A stretch of DNA of 64,000 nucleotides from Bacteroidaceae bacterium. Lineage in GTDB: Bacteria > Bacillota > Clostridia > Oscillospirales > Oscillospiraceae. The stretch covers positions 7,382 through 71,381 of the forward strand of contig CAVFZY010000015.1 of NCBI GenBank assembly GCA_963627135.1, given 5' to 3'. Shown in pieces: positions 62,910 to 64,000 of this stretch (its first letter is position 1; every line of letters starts with the position of its first letter). The notes beneath the pieces were generated by a model that saw only the letters and a list, made by a program, of their open reading frames with translations, made no database searches and was not told the origin of the DNA. The position numbers and the translations under genes are program-made.

Positions 62910-63338
62910 TCATCGCCGGCAGACGTTGGCCGTGATGCCGCACAGAGCCTGTGCACACTCCATGTCCCACTTGCCCGAGCGGGCAATGTCGTCGATCGAG
63001 AGAATGCCCGCGAGCTTGCCGCCCTCGGTCACGGGCAGGCGGCGTACCTGCGCTGCGCGCATGGCCTCCATTGCGCGGCGGATGTCCGTGCCGGCTTCGA
63101 CCGTCACGGGATCGCGCGACATGATGCTGCGCACGGTCACGGCACCCGGGTCGCCCCCGGACGAGACGCAGCGTACCACGATGTCGCGGTCGGTGAGCAT
63201 CCCGGCGAGCGTGCCGTCGTCCTCGCACACGGGCAGCGCGCCGATGCCGCGCATGCGCATCAGCCGCGCAGCGGCGACGATCGGCTCGTCCGGATGCGTC
63301 ACGGCGGCAGCGCCCGTCATGTAATTGCGGACCTGCAT
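62910..63338 (-). CDS. CBS domain pair protein
   Basis: Two CBS motifs (..LMRMRGIGALPVCEDDGTLAGMLTDRDI.. and ..AMRAAQVRRLPVTEGGKLAGILSIDDI..). Confidence 0.88.
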   Translation of the reverse strand: MQVRNYMTGAAAVTHPDEPIVAAARLMRMRGIGALPVCEDDGTLAGMLTDRDIVVRCVSSGGDPGAVTVRSIMSRDPVTVEAGTDIRRAMEAMRAAQVRRLPVTEGGKLAGILSIDDIARSGKWDMECAQALCGITANVCRR

Positions 63339-63400
63339 AAAAACACCCCCTTTGGCCGGAAGTTCCGTCTGCGGAGATTCTCGCCCGCCGGGGGTGGTTT

Positions 63401-63448
63401 TATACCTATTATACCTATTATTTATATCGCACCGTTATATCGCACCGT
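63401..63448. repeat. Two adjacent short tandem duplications (9 bp x2, 13 bp x2) in the CBS gene upstream region
   Basis: TATACCTAT at 63401-63409 and 63410-63418. TATATCGCACCGT at 63423-63435 and 63436-63448. Confidence 0.85.
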
Positions 63449-63459
63449 GTCGAGCCCGG

Positions 63460-64000
63460 TCACTGCACGAGCCGGGCGAGCGCCGGCCCCGCGCTCTCAC
63501 CGAACAGGCGCACGGCGCGCGTGGCCTCCTGCAGTGTGTTGCCGCTGCTGCCGACCTCGATGATGAGCGACCCGCGCGTGAGGTGCTGGTTGTAGCGCTC
63601 GTTGACGAGCGTGATCGGCCGCATGAGCGTCGGGTGCGCGGCATTCACCGCGTCCTGCAGGTACACTGCCAGGCGCAGGTTCTCCTCCCAGTACGGGTGG
63701 TAGAGGCCTGAGGCATTCGTGCCCACGAGCAGCATCACCTGCGAGCATGCGGCGTCGGGCAGCTCGGCCACGGTCTTGTAGACTACGCTGTCCGAGCACA
63801 GCGCGTCGCGGTGCAGGTCGATGACGATGCGCAGGCTCGGGTACTGGTTCAGATATTCCTGCACGGCCGCGCCCGAGCGGTTGTACGAGCCGGTGTAGCT
63901 CGGGTAGTCGTAGATCGTCCGGTCGTGCAGTACCTGCAGCCCGGCGGCTTCGAGCGTGTCGGCCAGCACGTCGCCCACATGCACGATATTATAATTGGTG
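63460..64000 (-). CDS. spoIIP: Stage II sporulation protein P (5' end outside the window)
   Basis: SpoIIP blocks (IVIDLHRDA.., MLLVGTN.., IIEVGSSGNTLQEA). Confidence 0.88.
   Translation of the reverse strand, partial: TNYNIVHVGDVLADTLEAAGLQVLHDRTIYDYPSYTGSYNRSGAAVQEYLNQYPSLRIVIDLHRDALCSDSVVYKTVAELPDAACSQVMLLVGTNASGLYHPYWEENLRLAVYLQDAVNAAHPTLMRPITLVNERYNQHLTRGSLIIEVGSSGNTLQEATRAVRLFGESAGPALARLVQ

Overview
High-GC (about 63-65%) Firmicutes/Clostridia-type chromosome segment. It carries spo0A, spoIIP and SLH-anchored surface proteins, so a spore-forming Oscillospiraceae/Ruminococcaceae-like organism is my guess, not a demonstrated result. All product calls come from reading motifs in the supplied translations. 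No database search was run.

The window is mostly ordinary core metabolism and housekeeping:
- MATE, SulP, CDF and P-type ATPase transporters.
- A NitT/TauT-type ABC system.
- A trimeric electron-bifurcating [FeFe] hydrogenase (hydCBA), NfnAB and phosphoketolase.
- folD/fchA and argGH.
- A two-component system followed by cardiolipin synthase.
- PerR with a reverse rubrerythrin, and hemZ.
- Three consecutive SLH-anchored surface proteins with a TetR regulator between them.

No rRNA, tRNA, CRISPR array, transposase, integrase or phage genes were seen.

The features the gene list does not explain are non-coding:
1. Two related families of GC-rich palindromic, mosaic (REP/BIME- or MITE-like) elements occupy five intergenic loci (18.1, 22.4, 52.3, 59.1 and 62.8 kb). 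One copy supplies the stop codon of an ABC ATPase. Another is a perfect 26-bp hairpin.
2. A 64-nt terminator-associated element occurs twice in inverted orientation, 6.4 kb apart.
3. An orphan promoter, structured RNA with an exposed CCUCC run, and terminator (sRNA candidate) lie in a 450-bp gene-free gap.
4. A three-helix leader with an intrinsic terminator lies upstream of the CDF transporter (candidate czcD/NiCo-type riboswitch).
5. An unclassified terminator-containing leader lies upstream of the ABC operon.
6. A self-contained promoter, RBS, 24-codon sORF and terminator cassette.

Protein-level oddities:
- A membrane protein that joins a C-lobe-only pseudokinase to an extracellular C-type-lectin-like domain.
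- A SulP/STAS transporter with a roughly 280-aa acidic then His/Gln/Arg-rich tail.
- Two paralogous membrane-anchored XRE regulators, one apparently leaderless.
- A 2-hydroxyacyl-CoA-dehydratase-like pair with no activator gene nearby.

The many long Ala/Arg/Gly-rich ORFs antisense to recognisable genes are treated as high-GC artefacts.
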